A program made the translations under genes and the position numbers. Under the pieces are notes generated by a model. That model saw nothing but the letters and a program-made list of their open reading frames with translations. It ran no database searches and was not told where the DNA came from. From positions 1 to 26,677 of the IMG/VR virus record IMGVR_UViG_3300032330_000702: a stretch of DNA of 26,677 nucleotides. The stretch is one strand, 5' to 3'. This document shows, one piece after another, positions 17,028 through 25,553 of this stretch. The first letter of the stretch is position 1. Every line of letters begins with the position of its first letter. This DNA comes from a virus. Taxonomy: Duplodnaviria > Caudoviricetes.

Positions 17028-18361
17028 TATGGAGTATATCCTTGTGAAGCTGAACCATACCAATTTGTACCATCAGATACAAAAGTAAATATATCCATTT
17101 TACCGGCAGTTGCAGTCATAGTGGGTGTTCCTCCAGAATTCCATTTAACGCTAGTAAATGTAGCTGTACCGTTACCAGTTGAAGCTGCTTGTTTTAGTAA
17201 TAAGATAAATGATTTACCGGCAGTTGCTGTTGGCATAGTAAATGTACATGCTGTTGAAGCTGTAAGGGTTGCCGTTTGAACAGTACCATTTGTTAGTGAT
17301 AATGTATTAGTAGTAGTTACCGTGCCGATAGACACAACAGATTCTACATAATTAGTTATTGTTGGATTATTTACTGTCGGAGAAGTGCCTAATACAACTG
17401 CACCTGTGCCCGTTACTGTGCCAAAGTCTGTTGTACCTGAATCCCAATCAGCTGCTGTTGTAAGTGAGGTACCAATACAAGTAACATGTACTGTGGTGCC
17501 TGGTAAAATAGTAGTTACGAGATTGCCGCCAGATGAGTTTAAAGTTAAATTACCTGTAGAATTATTTGCAATGTGGAAAGACCAGCCTAAACTTAAAGTA
17601 CTTGTTACAGGTAATACGACAGTTTGCGTAGTTGAGCCTGTAAAGTATTGGTAGTATGTACTTGCATTAGTAAGTGTTGTTGTACCCGCTGCGGTAGCAG
17701 TGGTTGTATAAGTTTGAATATTAGCATTAGCAGCTGGAGCTGTTGAAGCACCTGTACCGCCCCCTGCTACAGGAAGGCCCGTGCAGTTTGTTAAGGTTCC
17801 TGATTGAGGAGTTCCTAGAATAGGTGTCGTAAAACTTGGGCTAGTAGCTAAAGCTACTACTGTACCGCTACCTGTCGTTGAATATGATGTGCCCCATGCT
17901 GAACCTGTTGAATTAGCAATACCTGCACCTGGATATGCTATTGCGGAAGAATAAGTAACTGCTTCAACAACATTGGTACCATTATTAAATACAATCATCG
18001 ATTTACCAGCTGGAACTGAAACTCCAGTACCTGTTGTATTTTTAACTGTAACTGCGTCTGCTAGACCATTATTAATTATGTATTGTTTTTCAATTTGGCA
18101 ACCAGAGCCTAAAATAAGTTGACGTGCTCCACCTGAAGTGCCAGTTAAATTAAGACGTAAGTTACGAGCTGCTTGAGTACTATTTGTATCAGTAAGGGTT
18201 AAAGTAACGTCGGCACTAGAAAAAGCTACATCAGCAGAACCTGTAATAGCCTCACCTAAAGCTGCGTCGCCTAAGTTGTTGTTAGTTGTTGTGCCCCATG
18301 TACCAGACTGGTCGCCGGTTCCTATGAGTTCTATTTTCAGTGCTGAATAGGTACTTGCCAT
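17027..18361 (-). CDS. Tail fibre protein
   Basis: 444 aa, Thr/Ser/Gly-rich: MASTYS.LKIELIGTG.QSGTWG..TN.N start, LTNCTGLP motif and C-terminal DIFTFVSDGTNWYG. Confidence 0.8.
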   Translation of the reverse strand: MASTYSALKIELIGTGDQSGTWGTTTNNNLGDAALGEAITGSADVAFSSADVTLTLTDTNSTQAARNLRLNLTGTSGGARQLILGSGCQIEKQYIINNGLADAVTVKNTTGTGVSVPAGKSMIVFNNGTNVVEAVTYSSAIAYPGAGIANSTGSAWGTSYSTTGSGTVVALATSPSFTTPILGTPQSGTLTNCTGLPVAGGGTGASTAPAANANIQTYTTTATAAGTTTLTNASTYYQYFTGSTTQTVVLPVTSTLSLGWSFHIANNSTGNLTLNSSGGNLVTTILPGTTVHVTCIGTSLTTAADWDSGTTDFGTVTGTGAVVLGTSPTVNNPTITNYVESVVSIGTVTTTNTLSLTNGTVQTATLTASTACTFTMPTATAGKSFILLLKQAASTGNGTATFTSVKWNSGGTPTMTATAGKMDIFTFVSDGTNWYGSASQGYTP

Positions 18362-18386
18362 AATAAATTCCTTTTTATTTTGCTAT

Positions 18387-18397
18387 ATTTTACTACA
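18387..18397 (-). promoter_or_regulatory. Possible -10 element (TGTAGTAAAAT) upstream of the tail fibre gene
   Basis: TAAAAT in the AT-rich gap 18362-18408, followed by an AAGGA RBS. Pattern match only. Confidence 0.25.
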
Positions 18398-18408
18398 AAT
18401 TATTCTTT

Positions 18409-19368
18409 TTATGCGGCTATTTGCACCCATCCAGGTGTTTGTGATGTATTTATTACCGTCCAATTTGAGTTACTAAGTGTAACCGTTCCGCCTACTAAGG
18501 TTAAAGTGCCTTTTGGTGGCGTAATACTACCGCTTACACTTGCCGTTCCCCCTACTATTGTTAACGTGCCTTGATTAGGTGTTAGTACTGTACCTTGTGT
18601 AATTGAAGGCGCATTTCCCGCTAATGTTAAACTTCCAACACTAGGTGTTATTACTGTGCTTTGAGCAGTTGAAGGGGCATACCCAACTAATGTTAGTACA
18701 CCTGTACTAGGTGTGATACTTCTACTTATATCAGGTGCTACGCCTACTAGTGTCAATGCACCAACTGCAGGTGATATAAATGTATTTTGAAGTACACTTG
18801 GTGCTACACCGGTTATATTTATTGCCCCAACAGTAGGAGTAATTATTGTGTCTACTATTTTAGTTGGTGCATATCCTGTTACTGTTACAGAGCCAACGTT
18901 AGGTGTTATAGCAGCACCAGGTATTGTAGGCTGATACCCTTCTATTGTTAATGTGCCAACTGTAGGGGTTACAATATTATTTACTATATTATTAGGCGCT
19001 ATGCCTGTTATAGTTAATGCCCCAACTGTGGGGGTTATTATTTTACCTTGTACAGCTGAAGGTGCATAACCTGTAACGGATACCGCTCTAACTGCCGGTG
19101 TAACTATTGCATTTTGTATTACCGTAGGTGCTACGCCCGTTATTGTTAGTGTTGCAACTGAAGGCGTTACGTCAGCCCCAACATTGATATTAGGTGCATA
19201 CCCTGTTATTGCTACCCCACCAACTGTGGGAGTAATTACTTTACCTTGTACAACTGAAGGTGCTACGCCCGCAAGCGTAACTGATCCCACGTCTGCTGCG
19301 ATGACAATTCCTTGTCCCCAATCAGCAGAACTCCACGGACCCCGTCCCCAGCCGGTTGTTACCGCCAC
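18409..19368 (-). CDS. Repetitive beta-rich virion structural protein
   Basis: GTG start with TAAGGA RBS; N-terminal GWGxxxWxxxxWG and about 13 repeats of 20-22 aa. Confidence 0.75.
   Translation of the reverse strand: MAVTTGWGRGPWSSADWGQGIVIAADVGSVTLAGVAPSVVQGKVITPTVGGVAITGYAPNINVGADVTPSVATLTITGVAPTVIQNAIVTPAVRAVSVTGYAPSAVQGKIITPTVGALTITGIAPNNIVNNIVTPTVGTLTIEGYQPTIPGAAITPNVGSVTVTGYAPTKIVDTIITPTVGAINITGVAPSVLQNTFISPAVGALTLVGVAPDISRSITPSTGVLTLVGYAPSTAQSTVITPSVGSLTLAGNAPSITQGTVLTPNQGTLTIVGGTASVSGSITPPKGTLTLVGGTVTLSNSNWTVINTSQTPGWVQIAA
18466..19302 (-). repeat. About 13 tandem degenerate repeats of 60-66 bp, consensus peptide ITPTVGxLTITGxAP
   Basis: Units counted in the translation, e.g. ITPTVGGVAITGYAP, ITPTVGALTITGIAP and ITPSVGSLTLAGNAP. 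Confidence 0.85.
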
Positions 19369-19377
19369 GACTTATCC

Positions 19378-19836
19378 TTATGCTAGTGTAAAGATGCCAG
19401 TAGCAGCAGGTAAAATCGTCAATGTATTAGGTGACGTTACAGTAAATTGACTTGATGATAATTGGCAGAAACATAATAATTTACCAGCAGTAGCGCCAGT
19501 TGAATTACGAATAACTGCATATTTAACGTTAGTCAATGAAGCACCGGAAGCTGTGAATGCTAAACCTACTGTAGACATTGTGTACTTATATTGTTTCGCT
19601 GAAGCACCTACTGTCCAGTATGCTGTTGCTGGTACTAAATTTTTACCGCCTGTTGTATAACCGCCTGTAGCAGCAATTTCACCTGTTATTTGTGAGTAAG
19701 CAGTTAAAGTAAATGTTGATGCATTACTTGCGCTTGTCGCCAATAACATTTTGAATACGCCAGCTCCTAGAGTGATCGTTCCATTACCTATATATTTTTT
19801 GGCACTATTATATAATTGCCATGCTGATGCAGCCAT
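19378..19836 (-). CDS. Virion structural protein, distant paralog of 21266..21721
   Basis: FKMLL...EI...GGYTTGGK.L...YAVI.N pattern matches FKIAL...EV.GTGYVAGG..L...GALIYN in the paralog. Confidence 0.65.
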   Translation of the reverse strand: MAASAWQLYNSAKKYIGNGTITLGAGVFKMLLATSASNASTFTLTAYSQITGEIAATGGYTTGGKNLVPATAYWTVGASAKQYKYTMSTVGLAFTASGASLTNVKYAVIRNSTGATAGKLLCFCQLSSSQFTVTSPNTLTILPAATGIFTLA

Positions 19837-19837
19837 A

Positions 19838-21265
19838 TTAAATCTCCTTAATGTCGGCGTATGAAGCGCCTGTTTCTAAAATATGACGGAGTAACCCACC
19901 ATAAATGTTTAATTCTATTTCATCCCCTAGCATACGAATTAAATCAATAAATTCTTGTGCCTGAGAAATCATCCACGGATTGCAGCTGAATATTTTCCCG
20001 CCCACGTTTACGGGTATGATCGGCTGTCCATCATTTTCTTGTTGCTCATATGCATGGTGAACTTCTTTTTCATCTAAACAAGAATCACATCCAAAGAGAT
20101 GAAACCGTTTAAATCCTAACATTCTAAATAATGGTATAGCTCTTAAAAGAACCGTTGATCCTCCTGGAACTGGATACCATGTTTTATAATGTTTAGCTAA
20201 TACGTCATTAAGCAAATCAGCGCTCGTATGCCATATATAAGTTCTGTCTTTTGGGAGCCCGTCAAACGTAGTAGGATCGCATTGAGAAGCAATAAAATAC
20301 TTACAGTGATCCACTATCGGCTGAGTAAATCTTGCATTGAAAGGTCTAGCATCTACCATAACCATAGCAGAAGGCGTAATACCGTTATCAAGACACCATT
20401 TATAAGCCCCATTAATTGTGATTAGTTTAACACCATCAGCCCTCTTTTGTCTAATGGTTTCAAGGTGTTCGTGCAATGATGGCCCACCACCCACAATCAT
20501 AACTTCTTGATCATTCGTAGGGTGCGGTTGAATCTGCATAAAATCCCTTTGAATGTTGTATTCTACGTTAGCTTTGATGGTCTCGTCGTCAGTATTAATT
20601 ACACCTCTTTCAACGACGTCTTCACCTTTCATCCAAGCACTTACATAGAATAAGCAATACCCATTAGCTTCTTTAGACCAATGAATAATACAGTCTCGAT
20701 CAATAAACTTCTTTAGCCACCACTCATATGGATGTACGCTTAAATGAAGCTTATGCCCTACCACTTTACCCATTTGGTCATCTTCAGTAGCAATCTGAAA
20801 GAAAACATGCTGACAAGCAGCTAAACAATTATCTAATACTTTATCTACATGATGAGGTCTAATATGCTCCATCACATCCGTACAAAATCCATAAGCTGCT
20901 TTAACAGGTAGTGGGTCAGATAAGTCCGCTTCTACAAACCTTAGTGCATGCTTCTGTGTTTCTAACATCGGTCGAATATCTTCGTCTAAACAATTATCTG
21001 CGAAGTCAACCATAGTGACATTTAAGCCACCGAAAAAAGCTAAATTAAGAGAGCCACGTCCTGTGCCACATCCTAAGTCTAGTACTGACGCCCCTTTAGG
21101 AGGCCTAGCTTGATTCAAAAATTCTTGTGCAATGAGTTCACCAGGAGCTACTGCTCTATACTCTGGTATGTCCCACATCATCTTATATAAATCTTTTTCT
21201 AACGGTCTTACATTACTTACTTTAACTTGCGGTGCTTCTGAAAATACAGAAGAAACTGGTATCAT
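19838..21265 (-). CDS. Fusion of a class I SAM-dependent methyltransferase and a DUF115/MptE-like (Maf-related) domain
   Basis: N-half has VLDLGCGTG, VDF and CTDVMEHI. C-half has IVGGGPSL, ITINGA, MVDA, ASQC, GGSTV and LGFKRFHLFGCDS. Confidence 0.8.
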   Translation of the reverse strand: MIPVSSVFSEAPQVKVSNVRPLEKDLYKMMWDIPEYRAVAPGELIAQEFLNQARPPKGASVLDLGCGTGRGSLNLAFFGGLNVTMVDFADNCLDEDIRPMLETQKHALRFVEADLSDPLPVKAAYGFCTDVMEHIRPHHVDKVLDNCLAACQHVFFQIATEDDQMGKVVGHKLHLSVHPYEWWLKKFIDRDCIIHWSKEANGYCLFYVSAWMKGEDVVERGVINTDDETIKANVEYNIQRDFMQIQPHPTNDQEVMIVGGGPSLHEHLETIRQKRADGVKLITINGAYKWCLDNGITPSAMVMVDARPFNARFTQPIVDHCKYFIASQCDPTTFDGLPKDRTYIWHTSADLLNDVLAKHYKTWYPVPGGSTVLLRAIPLFRMLGFKRFHLFGCDSCLDEKEVHHAYEQQENDGQPIIPVNVGGKIFSCNPWMISQAQEFIDLIRMLGDEIELNIYGGLLRHILETGASYADIKEI

Positions 21266-21721
21266 TTATGTTATCCTTATAAGTGCAGCGCTTGATGTAG
21301 ACGCCGGAAATGTTACTGTAAAAGTTTGATTGGTCGTAGTTTTAGTACTTCCAAAATTTAATACTGCCACTGCTTTGTTACCTTGAGTGCTATTATATAT
21401 CAAAGCACCGTCTGCTGAAAAGGTAGCGTTAGCCCAACTTGAATTTTCAAAGTTTAACCATGCCACTGTTTCAGTATCTGTTGAGGTAGGCGCTTGAGAA
21501 ATAACTAATGTGTTACCCCCTGCTACGTAGCCTGTACCTGTAACTTCATTTTCAGTTGTATATACTGTTGTTGTAGAGTTAAGCGTAGCTAGTGTACTAT
21601 ACAAAGCTATTTTAAATGTATCCGCCGCAGTAGTTGCACGAATAACGCCTACACCGAAATTGTGTATACCATCTAAAATTTGAACTTTAAAACTTGTAGT
21701 TAATGTTTGGCCGATTGACAA
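21266..21721 (-). CDS. Virion structural protein
   Basis: 151 aa with TTSFK.....G.HNF, DTFKIALY, GALIYNST and FG..KT....FTVTFP; located directly after the adaptor gene. Confidence 0.7.
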   Translation of the reverse strand: MSIGQTLTTSFKVQILDGIHNFGVGVIRATTAADTFKIALYSTLATLNSTTTVYTTENEVTGTGYVAGGNTLVISQAPTSTDTETVAWLNFENSSWANATFSADGALIYNSTQGNKAVAVLNFGSTKTTTNQTFTVTFPASTSSAALIRIT

Positions 21722-21732
21722 TTTAGTTTCCT

Positions 21733-22368
21733 TTATTGAACTGGATATCTAACTTGGCCTGATCTGTAAGCATCCTGTCTATCTTTGCCATCACCAAGTT
21801 GTTTGAGTAATAACATCGCTTCATCATAACGAGCTTTATAAGTAGCCATCACATCTGCTTCGCCCTTCATATAAGTATAAGCCTCTAATAAAGACCCATA
21901 AAGAAGAACAGAGCTAAAGTTATTACCTATCCATGAAGTACCTGCTGTTGTAATTGACTCAGGATAATAAAAATAATGAAGCTCTACTGCGTAATTAGCA
22001 TCAGGTGTAGGGCCTACAATAAATGAAGTAGAATTAAATACCGCATAGTATTGTGGTTCGCCGTAAAAAGCTGAATCAGTATCAGGAAATGACTGCCTAA
22101 TAAAGTTTACGTCTTTGTTTAAAAGATATAAATACTCATTATCTGTATTAATAACAGCCATACTAAATGTGGCTAACCAATCTGTAGGCATGGTTAAATA
22201 CTTATTGCCTGTACTTAATGAACCTGTCACGTTTTTACGTAATGCAGGTAATTGAACTGTATTGTAAATACGCTGTTCTGCTTGGGTTATAAACGTGTTT
22301 ATATCCGTCGTAGTAAACGTATTTTCTGTATAGTCCTGTATTTGTGCAACAAGTTCAGTGTACGTCAT
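21733..22368 (-). CDS. Head-tail adaptor / tail tubular-like protein
   Basis: MTYTELV..IQDYTEN...FI.QAEQRI, P.D, GPTPD..Y.VELHY and LLYGSLLEAY.YMK motifs. Confidence 0.7.
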   Translation of the reverse strand: MTYTELVAQIQDYTENTFTTTDINTFITQAEQRIYNTVQLPALRKNVTGSLSTGNKYLTMPTDWLATFSMAVINTDNEYLYLLNKDVNFIRQSFPDTDSAFYGEPQYYAVFNSTSFIVGPTPDANYAVELHYFYYPESITTAGTSWIGNNFSSVLLYGSLLEAYTYMKGEADVMATYKARYDEAMLLLKQLGDGKDRQDAYRSGQVRYPVQ

Positions 22369-22371
22369 TTA

Positions 22372-22722
22372 TTACGCCATTGGGCCTCTTGTTTTAATAC
22401 CTTTAGTAGCCGCACCATAGCCACGCATAGTTTTTTCACCATTTCTATTGATTACTTTAGATCCAGGGTCTCCTGCGCTTACACGTTGTCTACCTGTTTT
22501 AAAATTAAGTTCTTGTGATTTTAACTTATTAGGATCTTGAGATAATTCAATGTCTAAGCTGTTTGGGTTAGGCATCGGTTGTTTATAAATATTAAGATCA
22601 TCGCCAGTACCACCTGATGGATATTTAAATCCAGTGTATTCACTAGCGTCTTTGTTTTCTTTTGCATGACCTAGCGGATATGAATCTGCTGGTGTTGGTT
22701 TCGGAAAGTCGTTTTTAGCCAT
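22372..22722 (-). CDS. Small basic-tailed hypothetical protein
   Basis: 116 aa ending in TMRGYGAATKGIKTRGPMA. Confidence 0.7.
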   Translation of the reverse strand: MAKNDFPKPTPADSYPLGHAKENKDASEYTGFKYPSGGTGDDLNIYKQPMPNPNSLDIELSQDPNKLKSQELNFKTGRQRVSAGDPGSKVINRNGEKTMRGYGAATKGIKTRGPMA

Positions 22723-22727
22723 GATAA

Positions 22728-22922
22728 TTATCCTTTTTTCTGTGCTGCAACTTTAGCCATGCCACGACCCATAGTTTTCATGTCGATGTTCTTTTTACCA
22801 CCTTTAGAACCTGCATGTTTTGGACCTGTTTCAATAGCTACGTTAGGGCCTGTATCGCCTAAATTTTTACCTTTGGTTTTACCTTGTTTAGTAATACCGT
22901 CTGCGCCTGATTTATATGCCAT
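22728..22922 (-). CDS. Small basic hypothetical protein
   Basis: 64 aa with a strong AAGGAG RBS and N-terminal ADGITKQGKTKG. Confidence 0.75.
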   Translation of the reverse strand: MAYKSGADGITKQGKTKGKNLGDTGPNVAIETGPKHAGSKGGKKNIDMKTMGRGMAKVAAQKKG

Positions 22923-22933
22923 TTTGTTTCTCC

Positions 22934-23362
22934 TTAAGATATTGATATTGTTACATCACCCAATGCACTTGTTCCTACTAAGTAATTAGGTGTTAATGGT
23001 GCATCGAAATAACTAGCTCCGCCTACTGGATTCCAGCCCCATTGTATTACTCTGCTGCCCATTAAAGGAACGCCAGTTTGTGACGTTGATGTTCCTGTTG
23101 TTTCGTCTGTCTGTAAACCATTTAATCCAGATTCATAATATCCTAGATCAGGTCTTGGATTACGCACTGCTTGCGGATCATTAACTGGATACATACCAAG
23201 TTGTAATTGCGGTTGATCCGGTTCCCAGCATTCATGACACACTAGTATATTAACATTTTTTGTCTTAATAACTAAGCGTTTAAGTTCTTTTAGTTTATAC
23301 CTAAATCCACATCGATCACATTGAGCAATCGAATTCTTGGCGCTTGCATATTTGGTTGGCAT
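22934..23362 (-). CDS. Zn-ribbon-like hypothetical protein
   Basis: Two CxxC pairs (CDRC, CHEC) followed by WEPDQPQ and DPQAVRNPRPD. Confidence 0.75.
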   Translation of the reverse strand: MPTKYASAKNSIAQCDRCGFRYKLKELKRLVIKTKNVNILVCHECWEPDQPQLQLGMYPVNDPQAVRNPRPDLGYYESGLNGLQTDETTGTSTSQTGVPLMGSRVIQWGWNPVGGASYFDAPLTPNYLVGTSALGDVTISIS

Positions 23363-23365
23363 TAC

Positions 23366-24316
23366 TTAGCCCCTAAAAAACTGTTCACGTGGCACCCATC
23401 TTATAGGCGCTTTTTCACGATCCTCATCAGCTGCTAATTGGAATGCTGCTTCATAATCAGCTCTTAACATTTGAATTCTATCAGGTGACACATTAGGTAA
23501 TTTCATACTTAAATATGCTGCTAACCCTGCGACCATGCATGGAATAAATCTAAACGGAATGTCTTCAACTGTCAACCCATTACCTGCATCTTGAATACGT
23601 CTTAATCTATAATATACAAATTGATAAAAATTACTTTGTTCAGGAGCAGGCCATACATTAACTGTAGGTAAGTTCTGTACAAATACTCTAGTAGCGGTTG
23701 CATGAGCCGCAGCGGTTGTATTATTTACACCGCGTATACATCCAGTTAATTGGTAGTATGTTGTAGATCCACTTGTTGTCGTTGTTAATCCGCCATATTG
23801 AATAGTTTCATTATCTAATTTAATGAAACCAAACTGCGCTAAGCCTACAATAGAAGTTAAGTTAATTGTAGTTGCTGTGGCACTAACAGATCCGTCAGTA
23901 TATAAATCAGTAGGGTTTTCTTGACCACTTTGTCTATTAATCCATACTTGAATAGGTCGACCTGTTGCATTTTTGTTAGGTATTGTAATATAGGTTGACT
24001 CGCTGATACGGTTAATATTAATGTCTTGCTGGTTCTGACCTGTGCCAGTCCTAGTTACCATGTCAAGTAAGTCAATCGTATCTGTAGGTAACGCATACAT
24101 AATTTGACCTTGGTTTAATTCAATTTGACCAGGTTCAACTGTCCACATATTAATACCACGGTTAGCCCACTCAATTGTAAGTAGGTTTAAAGAACGACGT
24201 GCAGTACGTAAATCATATCCAGTACGTAGCTCTTGACCACAACGTTCAAACGCATCTTCAACAAGGTTGTTTAAATCTAAGTTAAAACTCGTGGTGCCTG
24301 TGGTTCTATCTACCAT
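23366..24316 (-). CDS. Head-tail adaptor-like protein with an inserted Thr-rich beta domain
   Basis: AFERCG...ARRSLNLL..EWANRG.N.W, LP.D, GRP, VWP.P and P.RF..C..AGLA motifs. Insertion TTINL...IKLDNETIQY...RGVNNTTAAAH. Confidence 0.7.
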   Translation of the reverse strand: MVDRTTGTTSFNLDLNNLVEDAFERCGQELRTGYDLRTARRSLNLLTIEWANRGINMWTVEPGQIELNQGQIMYALPTDTIDLLDMVTRTGTGQNQQDININRISESTYITIPNKNATGRPIQVWINRQSGQENPTDLYTDGSVSATATTINLTSIVGLAQFGFIKLDNETIQYGGLTTTTSGSTTYYQLTGCIRGVNNTTAAAHATATRVFVQNLPTVNVWPAPEQSNFYQFVYYRLRRIQDAGNGLTVEDIPFRFIPCMVAGLAAYLSMKLPNVSPDRIQMLRADYEAAFQLAADEDREKAPIRWVPREQFFRG

Positions 24317-24576
24317 TATTTTTTCCCTTTAGGAAATCCTGCTTTCATATTTGCATAAGCTTTTGGTGTGATTGTAGACTTTGATTTAGGACGTGAAATA
24401 CCTTTTTTCTTACGGGCATTTATATTTGCATATAAGCCTACAGGTCCACCTTCTTTAAACTGAGTAAAGTCTGTGTTGTCACGACGTGCTTTTACTTTAC
24501 CTTTAGGCATAGTATTCTCAGTAGCACTAGGAATCTTAGTCTTTTTAATAGCGCCCATACCACGTGAAGGTCTCAT
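24316..24576 (-). CDS. Small basic hypothetical protein
   Basis: 86 aa, TAATG-coupled at both ends; MRPSRGMGAI...FKEGG..GLYANINA. Confidence 0.75.
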   Translation of the reverse strand: MRPSRGMGAIKKTKIPSATENTMPKGKVKARRDNTDFTQFKEGGPVGLYANINARKKKGISRPKSKSTITPKAYANMKAGFPKGKK

Positions 24577-24752
24577 TATTTTTTCAAGCCTTTTAAAGTT
24601 TGTGCTAAACGCGCACGTTGACCCATTTTGCCTGGAGCCTTAGCAGCTTTAGCTAATTTACCTGCTGGAATCTTTTCACCTTTTTTAACGCCAAGAGAAG
24701 ACTTTAATGCACCGGGTTTTTTAATTGCTTTTTGAATCCACTTTTCTGCCAT
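24576..24752 (-). CDS. Small basic hypothetical protein (58 aa, absent from the ORF track)
   Basis: Manual translation: MAEKWIQKAIKKPGALKSSLGVKKGEKIPAGKLAKAAKAPGKMGQRARLAQTLKGLKK. It fills the gap and has a TAATG overlap downstream. Confidence 0.8.
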   Translation of the reverse strand: MAEKWIQKAIKKPGALKSSLGVKKGEKIPAGKLAKAAKAPGKMGQRARLAQTLKGLKK

Positions 24753-24754
24753 GA

Positions 24755-25030
24755 TTAAACAATCCTTCCTTTAGTTTTACCTTTAGTGCAGCATCCATCT
24801 GCACGAGCTGAAGCAGATGAAACTGAACCGCCTTTAGCCATTTTCTTTTCAGACTCAATTTTTTTAGCCGCTCTCATTTCAGCATAACCTTGTTCTAAAC
24901 CACGTCTAGCACTTTCGTGTGGATTACCAAGAGCAGCATCTAAAGCTTTATTAATAGGTCCCATAACTGGGCCTTCTTTACCTCTTTTAAGTCCTTGACC
25001 GTAACCTTCTAAATAATCTTCTTTAGCCAT
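24755..25030 (-). CDS. Small basic hypothetical protein with a GG motif and C-terminal tag
   Basis: 91 aa ending in MAKGGSVSSASARADGCCTKGKTKGRIV. Confidence 0.75.
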   Translation of the reverse strand: MAKEDYLEGYGQGLKRGKEGPVMGPINKALDAALGNPHESARRGLEQGYAEMRAAKKIESEKKMAKGGSVSSASARADGCCTKGKTKGRIV

Positions 25031-25032
25031 AA

Positions 25033-25479
25033 TTAAATAATCCTTCCTCTTGACTTACCTCTAACTGCGCAGCCATTAGCTTTAGCTAGTTGAGATGTTT
25101 TGCCACCTGAAGCCATCTTTTTAACTTTACCGCCTTTTTTAAAGCCCATTGAGCGTCTAGCTTTTTCTTGTAAATCCATTTCTGGAACAACTGCAACTGC
25201 TCTATTAATTACACCCATGTCTGGACCTATTGCTTCTGGATTACCTTCACGGTTAACATTACCATATTCGCCTTCTTTCATTGGAACTGGCATGCGTCTA
25301 GGTGCAATTACTTTACCCATGTTTGGGCCCCTAGAAGTCATTTCACTGAAATCAACTCTTGAAGCTCTTCTTGGCACATCAAAGTTAGGGGCAATTTTAT
25401 CGTCTTTAGAAATACGTTTTGACATATCCTCTTCTTTAGGGCCGCCGATTCTTTTACCGAAAATTTTTAATACTGGCAT
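25033..25479 (-). CDS. Basic hypothetical protein with GG motifs and C-terminal tag
   Basis: 148 aa with AAGGAG RBS, ending in FKKGGKVKKMASGGKTSQLAKANGCAVRGKSRGRII. Confidence 0.75.
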   Translation of the reverse strand: MPVLKIFGKRIGGPKEEDMSKRISKDDKIAPNFDVPRRASRVDFSEMTSRGPNMGKVIAPRRMPVPMKEGEYGNVNREGNPEAIGPDMGVINRAVAVVPEMDLQEKARRSMGFKKGGKVKKMASGGKTSQLAKANGCAVRGKSRGRII

Positions 25480-25553
25480 AGTGATCTCCTTAAATAATCG
25501 TGCCTTTTGATTTACCTTTTTTAGCGATACCGTTAGCTTTAGCTAGTTGAGAT
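25076..25553. repeat. Exact 21-bp direct repeat TTAGCTTTAGCTAGTTGAGAT (25076-25096, 25533-25553) within similar 3' ends of adjacent genes
   Basis: Read directly; encodes SQLAKAN in both genes. Confidence 0.85.

Noticed and set aside
17028-17063. Extended starts given by the ORF track (17063; likewise 26455 and 26646)
   Set aside because: Stop/start overlaps support 17027 and 26443, and the last ORF continues past the window edge.
18466-19302. Periodic ~66-bp repeats considered as a CRISPR array or DGR template
   Set aside because: The repeats are degenerate at DNA level, conserved at protein level and in frame. There are no identical repeats with unique spacers and no cas or reverse transcriptase gene.
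16341-20500. GG-containing matches FGAGG (tip protein), YTTGG (152-aa protein) and MIVGG (DUF115 domain) as members of the GG-motif system
   Set aside because: They are explained by polyglycine background or by family-specific motifs and do not fit the strict [FYM][AK]xGG pattern.
25100-25510. 136-aa plus-strand ORF, and the other plus-strand ORFs in the track
   Set aside because: All are antisense to well-supported minus-strand genes in a uniformly minus-strand operon and have no recognisable motifs.
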